DNA from: Chromera velia
Taxonomy: Eukaryota
Reading direction: 5' to 3'
DNA: 58,800 bases
NCBI GenBank assembly: GCA_018398765.1
Contig: JAHBMJ010000042.1
Span: 1-58,800 of the forward strand
A program made the position numbers and the translations under genes. Shown piece after piece: positions 1 through 12,200 of this stretch. How positions within the stretch are numbered: the first letter of the stretch is position 1; every line of letters begins with the position of its first letter. The notes below the pieces were generated by a model, which was not told the DNA's origin, did not search any database, and worked only from the letters and a program-made list of their open reading frames with translations.

Positions 1-1985
1 TGTGGTGGGTGCCCTGCAGAAAGAGGAAAGCGACACACATGGATAGAGGGGCATGTAGGGAGACGGATGGGCAAATCTTTCAGTTCTTATCATTCCCATA
101 AAAATTTGATAGAAAAGGCTGTTCTATGGACCCCCTCGACCTCAAAGATGTAGTCAGAGAAGGTGTTCTAAGACTGTTTTGGGTCACGGACCTCGAGTTG
201 GGTCGGACACCCCCCCCCTCCCGAGGTTCAGAAGTCCGCACTTCTGAACCTTGGGCAAAGGGAGTCAAACCCCCCCGCCGCCAGGTCCAGACATAGGCTT
301 ATCGTGGGTCCAGGAGGCGCCGCCACGGGGCCAGAGGGGGTGGCGGCACCCTGCCCCTTCGACGCACGCAGCCGACTTTGCCTCTGTCGGCCAATAATCG
401 GGTCTGAAGTCTCTTGTCCATCTTGAAGGTCCACAGGTTCAAAACTGCGGAGTTCTGAACCTCTGAGCAAACGGACTTTTCCCACATAAATGTTACCACA
501 AAAAGCGCTCTGTCAGATGTCTTCTGACGGTTTTAGAAGATATCTGACAGAGCGTTTTCTCGGTTTTGACTCTTTGTTCGGGAGTGCACTTTCGGGGCTC
601 TGGAGGAGATGGGTGTTGCTGGGTCCCCTCGGGTCGGCATGAAGTGGAGCTTGGAGGTGGGTCCAGTGAACACTAGCCGTCTTAGTCTTGTTTCCAACGT
701 CTTCCTGCTTGCTGCTTCTCCTTCTGTTCAAGTGGGGAAGAGCTGCCAGCCTTATCTAGGTATTAAAGTACTGTTGCCCTCATCGCTCTCCTTACTCTTT
801 CCTCGCAGGTCATAGTCTTGGGAGCCCCGGGGTCAACCCCCAGGTCAGCCTGTCCGGACTCGCTGCTTCTTAGGCTCTTGATTTTTTCCTTGGAACCTTG
901 TGCATGCAGAATAAGCTGGATAGAAGTGCTTCTTTGACTGCACAAAGCGTGAACGCCTGTCCCTCCGTGTTTGCAGGTATTGGTGGACAGAGACTTGGGA
1001 ACACCTACAGGTCAGTTAAGGAAACGCGGCTTGCTCTCTCGCTTTGTATGATGATTTGCTTAGCATCCAGCTTCGTTGTTCTGCTAGGAGCTTGACAGAA
1101 ACGCACAAGGGAAGTCATTGAGAGAGGGTTGATGGAGAGTCTGCTGGAGCCTCCATTTTTTGACCGCCTCTTCTGAAGCTTTGCAGAGCTCTCAGTCGTG
1201 CCAAACATTTTTCCACCCAGACCAATCGCTCAGCTTTCATACATTTGAATCTCTTCCACTTGCTCCATATGTGTCAGTCTTTCAAAGCGGTGTATACTAT
1301 TCCGATGCAAGTGCTCCTTACTCGCTCATCCTTTCTCATTTGTGGCACTCCGTACTGGTCTCCCTCTGAACATCTGGATCTACCTACAGACCTGTCCTTC
1401 TTTTTCACAGTTTCTCATTGACACATGCAGAACGATTTGCAAGCTTTTACGCCATGTAGTGTGAGTTCTTTGTGAATAGAATTATGTTGTTTCTGTGCTC
1501 TGTTCTTCGGAATCCTCTCCGCCCCCTGCTGACCGTCTCCTGTCTGGTCTGACCAGCCTAGCTGTGAAGCCCTCCTTCCTGCACTGTTTCCCTTGCAGAA
1601 GAAGCAATTCTTTATATTTGATTGGCGCCACTAAACGTTGCTGTTGAGCATATCCATTAGTGTTATGCCTGTGTATTTCTTTGCAGGTAACATTCACTAA
1701 CTTCTACGTACCGTGGTGATCATAATTTTTCCCTAGCTAATCAACCAGTCTTTTGAGCACATTTGAACAGATTCACACAGAAGTAACGATTTTAAATGCT
1801 CTAAAAAACTTTAAATTGCTCTAAGTAACCTAGTTTTACTTTATAATGAAGCTAGAATATAGTAAATTTAAAAGTCACTTTGAATTCCACTAAGTCCTAC
1901 TTTGGAGTCCACTCTGTTAGAGAGAGAGGGAGAAAGAGAGGGAAAGAGAGAGGGAGAGAGTGAGTGAGGGAGAAAGAAACAGATA

Positions 1986-3480
1986 TAAGAACCTCAGCTT
2001 CCCCTTTTTCTTCATCTTGAAGTTCGCCTAAGTTGAACGGCAGAGCGATGGCCCGGAAGGAGAGGGAGAGGGAAGGATCACGTGTTTATCTTTTCCCAGC
2101 CTTCTATGCAAACCCAGGTGGCTGACTGCTGCCAAACTGGGCAGTACAGCCATCACGGGAGCACAAAAGAGTACGGGATCTCCTACAAAAACAGATCCGG
2201 CTCTTTTGTATGCCAGGAGACCCCCCCTCTCCCCAGGGCCTCGATCAACCGGAGGCAAGAGACCACTACCATGCAAGCGGTATAATGGACGCAGTCCACT
2301 TAGTTTTGGAGAAGAGAGAGCGAGAAAGAGAGGAAGAGACTCTGAGAGAGGGATAAAAGAACCCCAGCTGCCCCTTCTTCAACTTCAGCCAACGGCAGAG
2401 CGATGGGGAGGGAGGGAGAGAGAGAGGGAGGGCTCATATGTTTGTTTCCTCCTAGCCACGGTGACCCACGCAAAAGAAGGTGTACGACTGCTGCCAAATT
2501 GGGCAGTAAGAGGCCCTGCCACCTCAAGACAGCCGTCACAGGAGAACGAAAGAGTACGGGATCTCCTGCAGAAATAGCTCCGGCTCTTTTGTTTGCTAGG
2601 AGACCCCCCCTCACCTGAACTAGGGGGGAAAGACCACTACCATGCGAGCGGTCTAATGGACTCAGTCCACTTAGCACTAGAGAAGAGGGGGAAAGAAATC
2701 TCGGTGCATCTCAAAAAACTGGAGAGTTTCAAACGTAACAAACACCTCCAACCTGAGAGTTTGAAATCAACGTTGGGACAAACAATTAAAGAGCTTTACA
2801 ATAGAAATTTAATTTCGAATTTACAGATGAAAGCCATTAAAGTTCAGACTCTGGCACCAAGAAATGAAAAGATCCATGAAAGTGATGAATTCGACTTTGT
2901 ACATGCAATACATACAAAATGCTGTGCACACACGCACCCTCCTCAATGAAGTATGGAACGGACTTTCACCTTTGCAAGTGAGTGAGTGACTTAAAAGATA
3001 TAGCGTATTTCAATTTTTAAACTGTGGTGCAAGTCCATGTTGCCTCCAGTCAGCCATTACGAGAGTAAGAAAGAGTATACGATTTCCTTCAAAAACAGAT
3101 CCGGCTCTCTCATCTGCGGCATGATCTGCCAAGAGACCCTTGCCCACCTCAACCGGGGCAAAAGACCATTACCACGCAAAGTTTAACGGCATTATGGACT
3201 CAGTCCACTTGGTTTTAGAGAAAAGAGGAAAAAGAATTTAATTTGGTATACCTAAAAAGACTAAAAAATTTCAATCGCTACAAAAACCTTCAAATTGAAG
3301 ATTTTTAGGATAAACAATCAATTAACTAGTCAATTAAAGAGCTCTAACTAAGCCTCTAAGAAAGGAAAATCAATTTTAAATAGAAAAAATAAAAATGAAT
3401 GAAAGTCATAAAACTTTAAACCGCTTTACACAGCGAATAGAACCGAGAAATTTAGCAAAAATGATGAAAACTACCCTAAT
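1986..3480 (+). repeat. Three degenerate direct copies of a ~350-450 bp unit (starting near 1986, 2353 and 3050), possibly a decayed coding module
   Basis: Shared blocks in all copies: cagcc(a/g)t(c/t)ac..aaagagta..gat(c/t)tcct..aaa(c/t)ag(a/c)tccggctct and agacca(c/t)tacca..atggac(g/t)cagtccactt..tagagaa. Copy 2 translates to GKDHYHASGLMDSVHLALEKRGKE (ORF 2593-2949). Confidence 0.8.
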
Positions 3481-4947
3481 ATGATGGAGATGGTTTGGAG
3501 CTCTCCAAATTAGAGGGGTTTGGATACCCAAACCTGGCAATGCTGGCATTTGGAGCTAGATTTGGAACATTTCCGTTATATATGATCTACTACTAGTGTT
3601 TGATCTATAAGTTACAAGGATACTCTATCTAGCATATATGGTGTGGTTACATGCATACATACATGGTGTGGAGTATTAAATATGTATGGATGCATGGTGC
3701 AAAGCGGATGCCAAATACTAGTGGTATACAGGTCTATGGCTTCGGCCTCGAACACAATATAATCCTGTAATGCTGTAGCGCTCCTAGCTAGGCTCCTAGT
3801 AAAAGTAAGCTTGCCAGTGGAACTAAGCGTACTGATATTTTTTTTAAATGTATCATGATACTTATGCAATCAGTACACAACTGTTGTTCAAGTATTGCAA
3901 GAGTGTACGTTGCACGGGACGTTACGCCAAAAACTATAATATAGTAGTCTAGATAGTACTATATGTTTTTTAGTTGATATTACTTGATATTAAGAATTAA
4001 AAAAATCCAGAAACTTTCTTTTTTTAAAACAAAAATTATGGAGTGCAAAGCCTAGTTCAACTTTTAACCTTGTCGCCGTAAGTTGTCGATCTGGATTCTA
4101 GAAGGTTAATTGTATGTATAGACTGTTACAATTTGCGTATATAGTCCTTGACTGCTGTTATGTGACATATGCAACGCACCACAGGCAACGCACACTTTCC
4201 TTTTGTTTGCTATGCAATGACATGCATGCGGGTCAGTTGGCGTCCAAATCCAAAGCGATACGTGATCTTCGCGAGAGAGTGCCAGCAGGGCACTGCGGTC
4301 ACTGTCACTGAACAACTGAAAGGCTTGCAGACAGGGAGACAGAGAGACACAGGGACAGACTTCATTTTCTTTCTTCCTCTTCCTTTCCTTGTCAGGGAAG
4401 GGACATGCAGACGGAAAGACATATTAATAAACAAACGCACCAGTGCATGCAGACAGGAAGGGGACAGCATGCAGGTATACAGACTGATGCGACATGCACA
4501 CACCTTTCTCTGGCACTGCATGACAGGAGAGATCAACGATGACGATGAAAACTCTTACAGGGCTGCTTCCATTTACTTCTCAGCTTTCTTCCCAGGCACA
4601 CAGTCTTCCATTCAGTCATCTACTCATTCTTTCAGGCACACAGCCTGCTTGCTGGAAGGGCCTACAGGCCAGGATCGATCAGACTTGATTCTTCCTGCGT
4701 TTCTTCTTTTGCCTTCTGAAACACGGGTCCTCAACAGTCGATCATGCAGTTTCAGAGAGTCAATGAGTCAGTCAGTCAGTCAGTCAGTCAGTCACAGACA
4801 ATGTGTTTCATTCCCGGTTTTTCTTGTTTCCCTTCATTCTCGCTTGTTTCCTCAATCAGTCAACAGTCAACCTGTCCATTCTTTTCTCCTCAACTGACAG
4901 ACACCCCCTTTTCTGATGCTCGCTACAGTACTACTCCTGCTTTCCGG

Positions 4948-6919
4948 TCAGGCCTTCTTTAGAGTGCCCACTTGTTGCATACGCTGTCTTTGACCATAGA
5001 AGACACTTGAAGGGTCGTAGAAGGGTGCCGGTCTCCACCCCCCATTCGCTCCCCTCGAGACTTTTCCGACTCCCTTGGGGGTTGAGTGAACAGGCTGATA
5101 AAGCCCCCCTCTGGGTGTTCTTGGAAAGACAGGCTGGCGGTAGTGGCCCTGTGCCTGTGCCTGTCCATGTGCTGGCCCGCGTGCAGGGGGTCCGAAGAGA
5201 CCTCCGTCTCCTGTCCCGTATGTGTGAGGGTGAAAGGGGAAGGGGTGAGGGTGGTCGGGGAATGGGGGAAAGGTTCGTCGTTGAAGAAGTCTCTCGCGCT
5301 TGTTGATCTCATTCCATATGGCAAACCACCAATTCTGTTCTGAACTGCAAAATGACACTCAAGAGAATCGATGCATGTGCATCCTTTCCTTTTCCTCAAT
5401 TTTTTCATTTGTCTACGTCAAACATCTGCACCGATGCACTCGAAGAGGATTCATAGGCCCATGAACAGACACGGCACCTTGAGAAAACAAACAAACGATG
5501 CACGCACAGGTGTCTTCATCTAGATCAGATCAGACGAAAGAAGAAAGAAACAGCAGGAGGAAGACGGGCAAACAACGGAATGGGACTATCATGCAAGAAC
5601 CAGAAAAGAAACAGTGGGCACTTCACGCGTTACACAAGAGAGAAAGGACCGAAGAAAGGCTGGAAGGAAATGATGCATTCTGAAGCTCACGCACGCACGT
5701 GTTTTTCGTTTCCCTCTCTCCTGCATCTGCATCAAGATGGAGCCTCAGTGAAGGCTGAAAGTCGACAGAACTGACTTAATACTCTGGGCATCGTTTTCCT
5801 CCACGAGTTTTCTGAAAAAGAATTTGTTCTTGTCGACAAACTCGTACTTGTCGGGCTCCGACAGGGTGGAGACTTTGGGTGCGTGGGAAAACGGACAGGC
5901 GCTGCCTCCACGACAGTTGCCTGCATTCACTCATCCATGCTCTCATTTACTTGCCTTCTCCCTCATTCACTTACTTGTTTATTCACTGACATACTCACTC
6001 ACTCAATCACTCGCTCATTCCTTCACTCACTCAGGCACAACCACACCCACTGACTCACTCACCCCGTCACTCACTCACTTGCTCACTCACTTACTCACTC
6101 CTTCACTTATTCAGTGCTTCTTGAGTTCACATTTCATTCGTTGTTGCTCAAGCTTTTGCTTCCAGCTGCCAACCTGCCTGCCTTCTTCTGTACCTGCGTG
6201 CTTCCTTGATTGCCTTGCGCTTTTCAAGAGATGAAACAAAGGATCACGTAAAATGCACAAAGAGGAGGGGAGGAGACCTCACAGCAGAGAGGTCACACAG
6301 AGGTCTTTCAAGCAGGAAACACCCAGCAAGTCGATCAGTCAACCGTCCCCGTCCCCCGGCGGTGAGTTTCTTTCGATACAGGGGGGGAAGAATAAAAAAC
6401 GTACATGCAGGCATTGACTGGCTGACTGACCGACTGAGTGAAAAAATCTGCACGGAAGGAGCGCCTTGACGTGCGAGAACACACACAGGTCTCCTTTCTG
6501 GCACCCCCCCGCAATGAATCGACAGGACTCCATCTGCATCCATCCATCCATCCATTCCTCCGTCCCCGCGTTTACCCACGGATCACTCAATCAAACCATC
6601 CCTCCATCGATTCGTCCACCTGTCTGCCTTTCCATCTGCCCAGTCATTGGATCATTGCTTCCGCCTTAAAGTCTGTCTATCTTTCTTGCCGTCTTTTCAA
6701 TCATTCATTTATCCGCCCATTGTGCACCCTCTGATTCATCAGCCCAAAAAAGGAAGCAGAGGAGATGAAACACGGGAATCTGAGAAGAGCGAGTGCATGA
6801 GTCAGGGAAGAAGCGGGAAAGAAAGAAAGAAAAGAAAGAAAGAAAGAAAGAAAAGAAAGAAAAGAAAGAAAGAAAGAAAGAAAGAAAGAAAAGAAAGAAA
6901 GAAAGAAAGAAAGAAAGAA

Positions 6920-6952
<33 letters not shown>

Positions 6953-6992
6953 GAAAGAAAGAAAGAAAGAAAGAAAGAAAGAAAAGAAAGAA

Positions 6993-7028
<36 letters not shown>

Positions 7029-8393
7029 ACGAAAAATTCAGATTCGATCCCATGCAGGAGGAGAAATCAGTCTAGCAAGGCAGAACCAAGCTCTGACAGC
7101 AAGTGAAACGAATCGAACAGTGCATGTCAGGGAGAGAAAGGGCAGAGTCTGCAACTGGCAGAGATAGAGATACAGATAGATAGAGAGAAGCCAATGGGGG
7201 TAGAGGGATGAAGAGCGAGGGCAGACTCGGTATGTGATTTGGCGACACAGGTAGAGAGACAACCGGGTCACAACCCCCTCCATTTCCGCCCAGGATAGCC
7301 ACGCGGCTCCTGTCAAGTTGAACTGACTGACCCTTTGTCCATCCAGAACAGCAGTCGAATGAGAAAAGCGGCACCGCTTTTCATTCTTGCAACTGCATAC
7401 AACCGCACACAGAGACATGCTTGGTGTCTCCAAGATCGACGGCGGAGGACAAAAAGAGGGAGGCGCGAACCGCAAGCGCATCGAAGAGATATCACACCAT
7501 CCTTAGCGCCTGTCCACCTACTGTTTTCCCGCTCTCGGCGCTTATTTTGGCACAGGGAAAGAAAATCGCACTGTCTAGCGAAGTGCATTGCAGAGTAGGA
7601 CACTGATAAAACGAACGAAAAAGAAAGGAGAGAAGTGAACGAAAAATAATACAGCCGCAGTAGGAAGAGACTCAAGGGAGGTACTGCAGGAAGGAGGGGA
7701 GCCGAGGGACTGACTTTCCTCTTCTGAAGGGTTCACATGGCATGTTTTTGGCATCGCCGATGCGCATCACATCAACCGTGATCACAGCTGCACAAAAAAA
7801 GGCACGGGAGGCAGGAGGGGGGGGATGGGCGGACTTTGGGGGACGGAAGAAGTCGACTGCAGAGACCTTCCCTCAGACGCAGGGTCTAAGGTGCAAACAA
7901 AAATGGGAGAGACCCAAGGCCACTGACTCACTTTTCTTCATTCCATTTGGACGTGCCTCGACACGGTTGGCCCCTCCTGTCGAGCGCTTCTGATTAGGTG
8001 ATTTCGTCGTCGCCTCGGCCCGTCTCTTCAGCGCCTTCCTCTCCCCCAACGAGAACCCAATCTGCTCCAGCTCTTTCTCCTGGACCCAAGCGACTGACGC
8101 AGCTCTGCACACAATGCGACGTGTAATATTAAGAAGACACAGTGCGACGTACAATATTAAGAAGACAGTGTAAATCAGTGCGTCTTCCAATGAACGTTTT
8201 GAAGGATGCTCTTTCAGCTTGCTTACGTCTTCAGGCTGTTCCTCTCCAAGATTTGAACCGCCCGGGAAATTTCGGCATCGTCTCTTACTTCAATTTGAGC
8301 GAAGGCCTCGCGAACGAAATTTCTTAGCGGTGCCGCTGTCGCCTGCCTATCTGTCTGGCTTCCACTGTGATGGACCGGCGCCTCGTCTCCCAT
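4948..8393 (-). CDS. SAM-like domain + three tandem CCCH zinc fingers, putative RNA-binding protein (~372 aa if the last exon reads to TGA 4948; 3' end uncertain)
   Basis: Exons 8393-8227, 8104-7932, 7787-7715, 7392-7332, 6533-6431, 5920-5776, 5344-4948, all GT-AG and phase-consistent. Spliced protein: MGDEAPVH..ILERNSLKTAASVAWVQEKELEQIGFSLGERKALK (SAM-like); CEPFRRGNCKNEKRCRFSH; CRFIAGGCQKGDLCVFSH; CRFFHSVGNCRGGSACPFSH; P/G/H-rich tail. A possible donor at 4971 could add exons near 4715-4660. Confidence 0.85.
6815..7030 (+). repeat. (GAAA)n-type microsatellite within an intron of the CCCH gene
   Basis: Directly visible aaag/gaaa run; explains spurious ORFs 6647-7075 and 6802-7053. Confidence 0.95.
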
Positions 8394-9202
8394 TGTGCTC
8401 ACTTTGAAAGTGAAACACGATTGCAGAAGCCACTTTTAAATATGCCCGCCAAAATTGTAGGGAGGCAGAGCTGAATGCAGATTCAATGCTGGATGGGCAC
8501 TGTAAATCAGCGTCTCCAAGCCTGGAGTGGATCATCTGTTCTGCTTGACCAAAAGCCGTGTCTCGTCAGCTGGAATCAGCTGTATGATGCTGTATATGCA
8601 TATATACGGTGCTCATGATCAGTGCTGTGCATGATGCTGCTTGTAAAAAGATCAATTAAGTGCCCCTCTTGCACGCGGTTTTGCGGGGCCACATTTAATT
8701 CAAGGCCTTGAAAGACCCGAAAAAACTCAATCGTGGGGTGCTCGCACGGATGGTACCATTTTTTGTATCGATACCATACCGTACGCGGATAGAGAATGTC
8801 TGTATCTGAAATTATTTTTTTAAAATAATTAATTCATTTTGAAATTAAAGGACAATACAGATCGAGAGCCATACGTACATATCGATCAGTATTCGATCGC
8901 ATGCAGGCATGCACGCCCGCATGTGCACGCGGAAGGAAGGAGGGATCAAGCTGTGCTTCTGGTGAAGCCCTCCTTTCTGGAGATAGCCAGTACTCACAGT
9001 ACGGTACACAAACTCGCGAACCACAACCACATACAGCAGCATGCAGACGTTTACTGCCCTACAGACCATGCTCACGTTGTAGTACAGAACCATACTGCCA
9101 ATCAATCGAGGAGTCGGTATCAGGTGGGCGCAGAGAGGGAAGGAAGGAAACGGCAGCAACAGCAGTAGGGGTCCCCCTCCACCGGCTGGAGATAGAGAGA
9201 GA
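8394..9202. promoter_or_regulatory. Shared (bidirectional) promoter region of the CCCH gene and the kinase gene
   Basis: Head-to-head ATGs ~810 bp apart; contains GCATGCA and ATCGATC motifs (8870-8925) and a short AT-rich stretch. Confidence 0.55.
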
Positions 9203-12200
9203 ATGATGCACTCAAGCGGGCAGCCGGCAGCACCACGCCCGGCAAGGCAAAGCGGGTTGGGGTCACGGAACGACATGAACACTTCAGCAACTTGCAAGAG
9301 AAGTGTAGCCAGTTTCGGTGTCTGCGGTGACTCTACCAACCTCCAACTGTCAACGAGTGCTGAAAGCATGTCATCGTTTGACAGCGACCAACCGCCCCGA
9401 TCAATAGAGGTCATTCCAGCAGGGAAAAGCTTGGAGGATTACTTCTCTCTCGGCCCTCCTCTTCAAGTGTGCAAACCTGGATCTACTCGGCCAGTGCTCA
9501 TGGAGGTCAGACTTTTGGTACGGGTTCCAGCCTTTCCTCCGCGTTTCTCTTCAGTGATGGATGCCTGCGCGTACCTTTCTTCCCCACAGTACCCTCCTTA
9601 CAGCACACTCATAGAGGACACCTGAGCGCATGGAAGCACACGAAACCCGCATCCGTCCATGCACGTCCGATCGCACTGCACGCATGTCCCACCTATACCA
9701 GCCGCGCAACAACCTTCATAGATGCGCATAGATGCCAGACTTTAACCCCCTTTTCCCATGGAGAACACTGCAATTCTTTTGAGAAGCAGGATTGGTGCAG
9801 TTTCAGGGCGACACGGACGTTTTTTTGAGTGCCTCCCGTTTACGCTCTGTATGTGAATCCAAACTCGTATCCCTCTTACATGAGGGCACGGTCTGTCTTC
9901 CTCCAGCTTTTCCCTCCCTTTCCCTCTCTACCCGGTGTGAGTGTGCGTGCGCACGTCGGCATACCTGCTTGTCCTCTCTGCTTGCAGGTTGTCGACAGAG
10001 AGAATGGGGCCACTTACATCGCGAAGATAATCAAGAAGGAGAGAATACCTCGCTGTTCCGGAGGAGAAAGGTAGGCAGGCAGGCAGTGTCTGGAGAGATG
10101 AGGGAACAAGGCAGGCAGGGAAGGAGGCAAAAAAGGAAGGGGAGAAAGCCAGTCTACTTCCATATTCAGTGAACCAGCCTGTCCGACCCTGCGGATGTGA
10201 AGCCTTCAGAAGAGAAGAGAAAGGGGGGGCAGACAGGCTGGGTGGATAATTTTTGCAGTCCAAAGCATTCCTACATGCGCTCTACCGCTTTGCTTACCTT
10301 CTCTGTTGTGACGGGCCTGAATGGGCGAGATTTGTGCAATCCATTCTTCTCCATGTGGCTCCTTCCACCTTCGTCTCAAACTTTCCTCTCTATTCTTGGT
10401 CAAAGCGCTGCATAGATATAGACGTGTGCATCAGTTTGCAGGGCTTCTCTCTTCTCTGAGCCTTCTCTTGAGTTCATTTCACTGCATGCTCGTTTTTCTT
10501 TTCTTGTGTCCCTCTTCCATCGAACACCCCCTTTCGACATTTTCGGGTCTCCGCCGGCGTAGCGATTGACACACACGTCAAGGCTCCCTTCCCCTCTTGC
10601 TGCTCACACTTTCTCATCCTCCTCCTTCTTCTGCTTGTGCTTGTTTCTGCAGTCTCTGGCGTCGCCTTCTCACTGTTCTCTTGTGCCTTCCTGAGCACCG
10701 AAATGTGATGACTGTAGACCGGGTGTTTGAGACCAACGATGCCTACTGCATTCTGTCGGAGAAACTGATGGTGGGTGGGTAAGCCTGAGAGAGAAGAACG
10801 AAAGAGAGAAAGAAGTTCGGCACAGAAAGGAAGGGTCGAGAAGAAAAGTGACAGCGGTTCTCTTGTTTGCTAGGCGGGATTCGTTTCTTGCATTCTGTTT
10901 GACTTTCCTTTCTTGTTTTGACTGTTCTTTCCATACAATTCGTTTCTGCCTCACGCGTTGTCGTCTTTCTTCTATTCTTGGTTGTGTGATTCTTTCAGGG
11001 CGGTGAGCTCTTCAACTTTCTTTTGACGGAGAGGGCAGTACCAGAGGAAACCTGCAAGCACATCATGCGACAGATTTTCCGGTCTGTAGGGCACTTACAC
11101 CAGAATCACCTGATCCATCGAGACGTGAAACCAGAAAATCTGGTCTTTCGGTACGCTCGTGACTCCGTGAGGGCCATGGCGGGACCGGGAGGCCAATTTG
11201 AAGGTCTCGATTCTGGAGCGCTGAACGCAGTGCAACACGAACTTGTACTCATCGACTTTGATACCTGTAGGATGACCGACATCGAGTCAGTCAGTCAGTG
11301 AGCCAGGCTTGTGTGTTTGACAGCTGGATGATCTCCCTCAACAGGGATGCTGTCAGATTCATTCTGTGTGTGTGTGCTTGCTCGCTCTCAGCTGTCACTC
11401 TCCAGTTTCGTATCTGTTCTGCAGTGTTGCCTCTTCGTCTTCCTCAATAGCTTTTAGCAGTGCCACGATTTCGATTTGTCGACCAGGTACAAGTTTCACC
11501 TGAACCGCAACAGAAAAGTCCCCTCTGTCCCGCAGCATCGAGTCTCTCCCTGCTCTTGCATGGATGTTTTTCTCTTCTCTTCTCTTTTCTTCTCCGGGTT
11601 CCTTTTGAAGTGCTCAATTGATATCATGCGGCACACTGATTCCCCCCATAACGGTGCCATGTATGATTGTTCAGGTTTTCGATGTACAACGACGTGACGG
11701 ACGGGAGACGGCGGCTGGTCGGGACGTACGGGTACCTTGCACCTGAAATCTTGAGGGGTCAGGAGGTCACCCTGGCTGCTGACATGTGGTCCATCGGGGT
11801 CATCCTCTTCATCCTCATGACGGTCAGTCAGTCAGTCAGTCAGTCAGGCAGGCAGTGAACGCCTCACTCCTGCAACGGTACGACGAATTGAAGAACGGCA
11901 GAAACGGCATCAAGAAAGGGAAATCGTCCTGGCCTTCTTTTCTCTTCCAATAGTCTCCCCTCCCTCCCTTTGTTGTGTTTCTTTCTTTCCGCTCTACCTG
12001 CCCTCAAACCTCTCCCTGCCTCTCATGTTCTGTCCTTTCTACCGCTCTTTGCTCTCTTCGCCCAAGTTTCCTTCTGCCCTTCCTGTTCAGTTGGCATCAT
12101 TTCGGTCATTGTAAAGGGAATGCTGTGCTCTCTCGTGTTGTATGTGACTCATTCTTTGTGCCTCTTGCCTTTCTGTCTGGCTTTCTCTCTCCAATCCAAC

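Noticed and set aside
228..1208. Minus-strand ORF fragments as a decayed gene (LCLDLAAG resembles DNA-methyltransferase motif I)
   Set aside because: Many stops, no consistent frame and no other motifs (PC, ENV); probably chance.
8115..8170. Short direct repeats (also 29818-29871, 47750-47832, 58120-58150) as CRISPR-like arrays
   Set aside because: Only two adjacent copies, no unique spacers, eukaryotic introns; ordinary slippage duplications.
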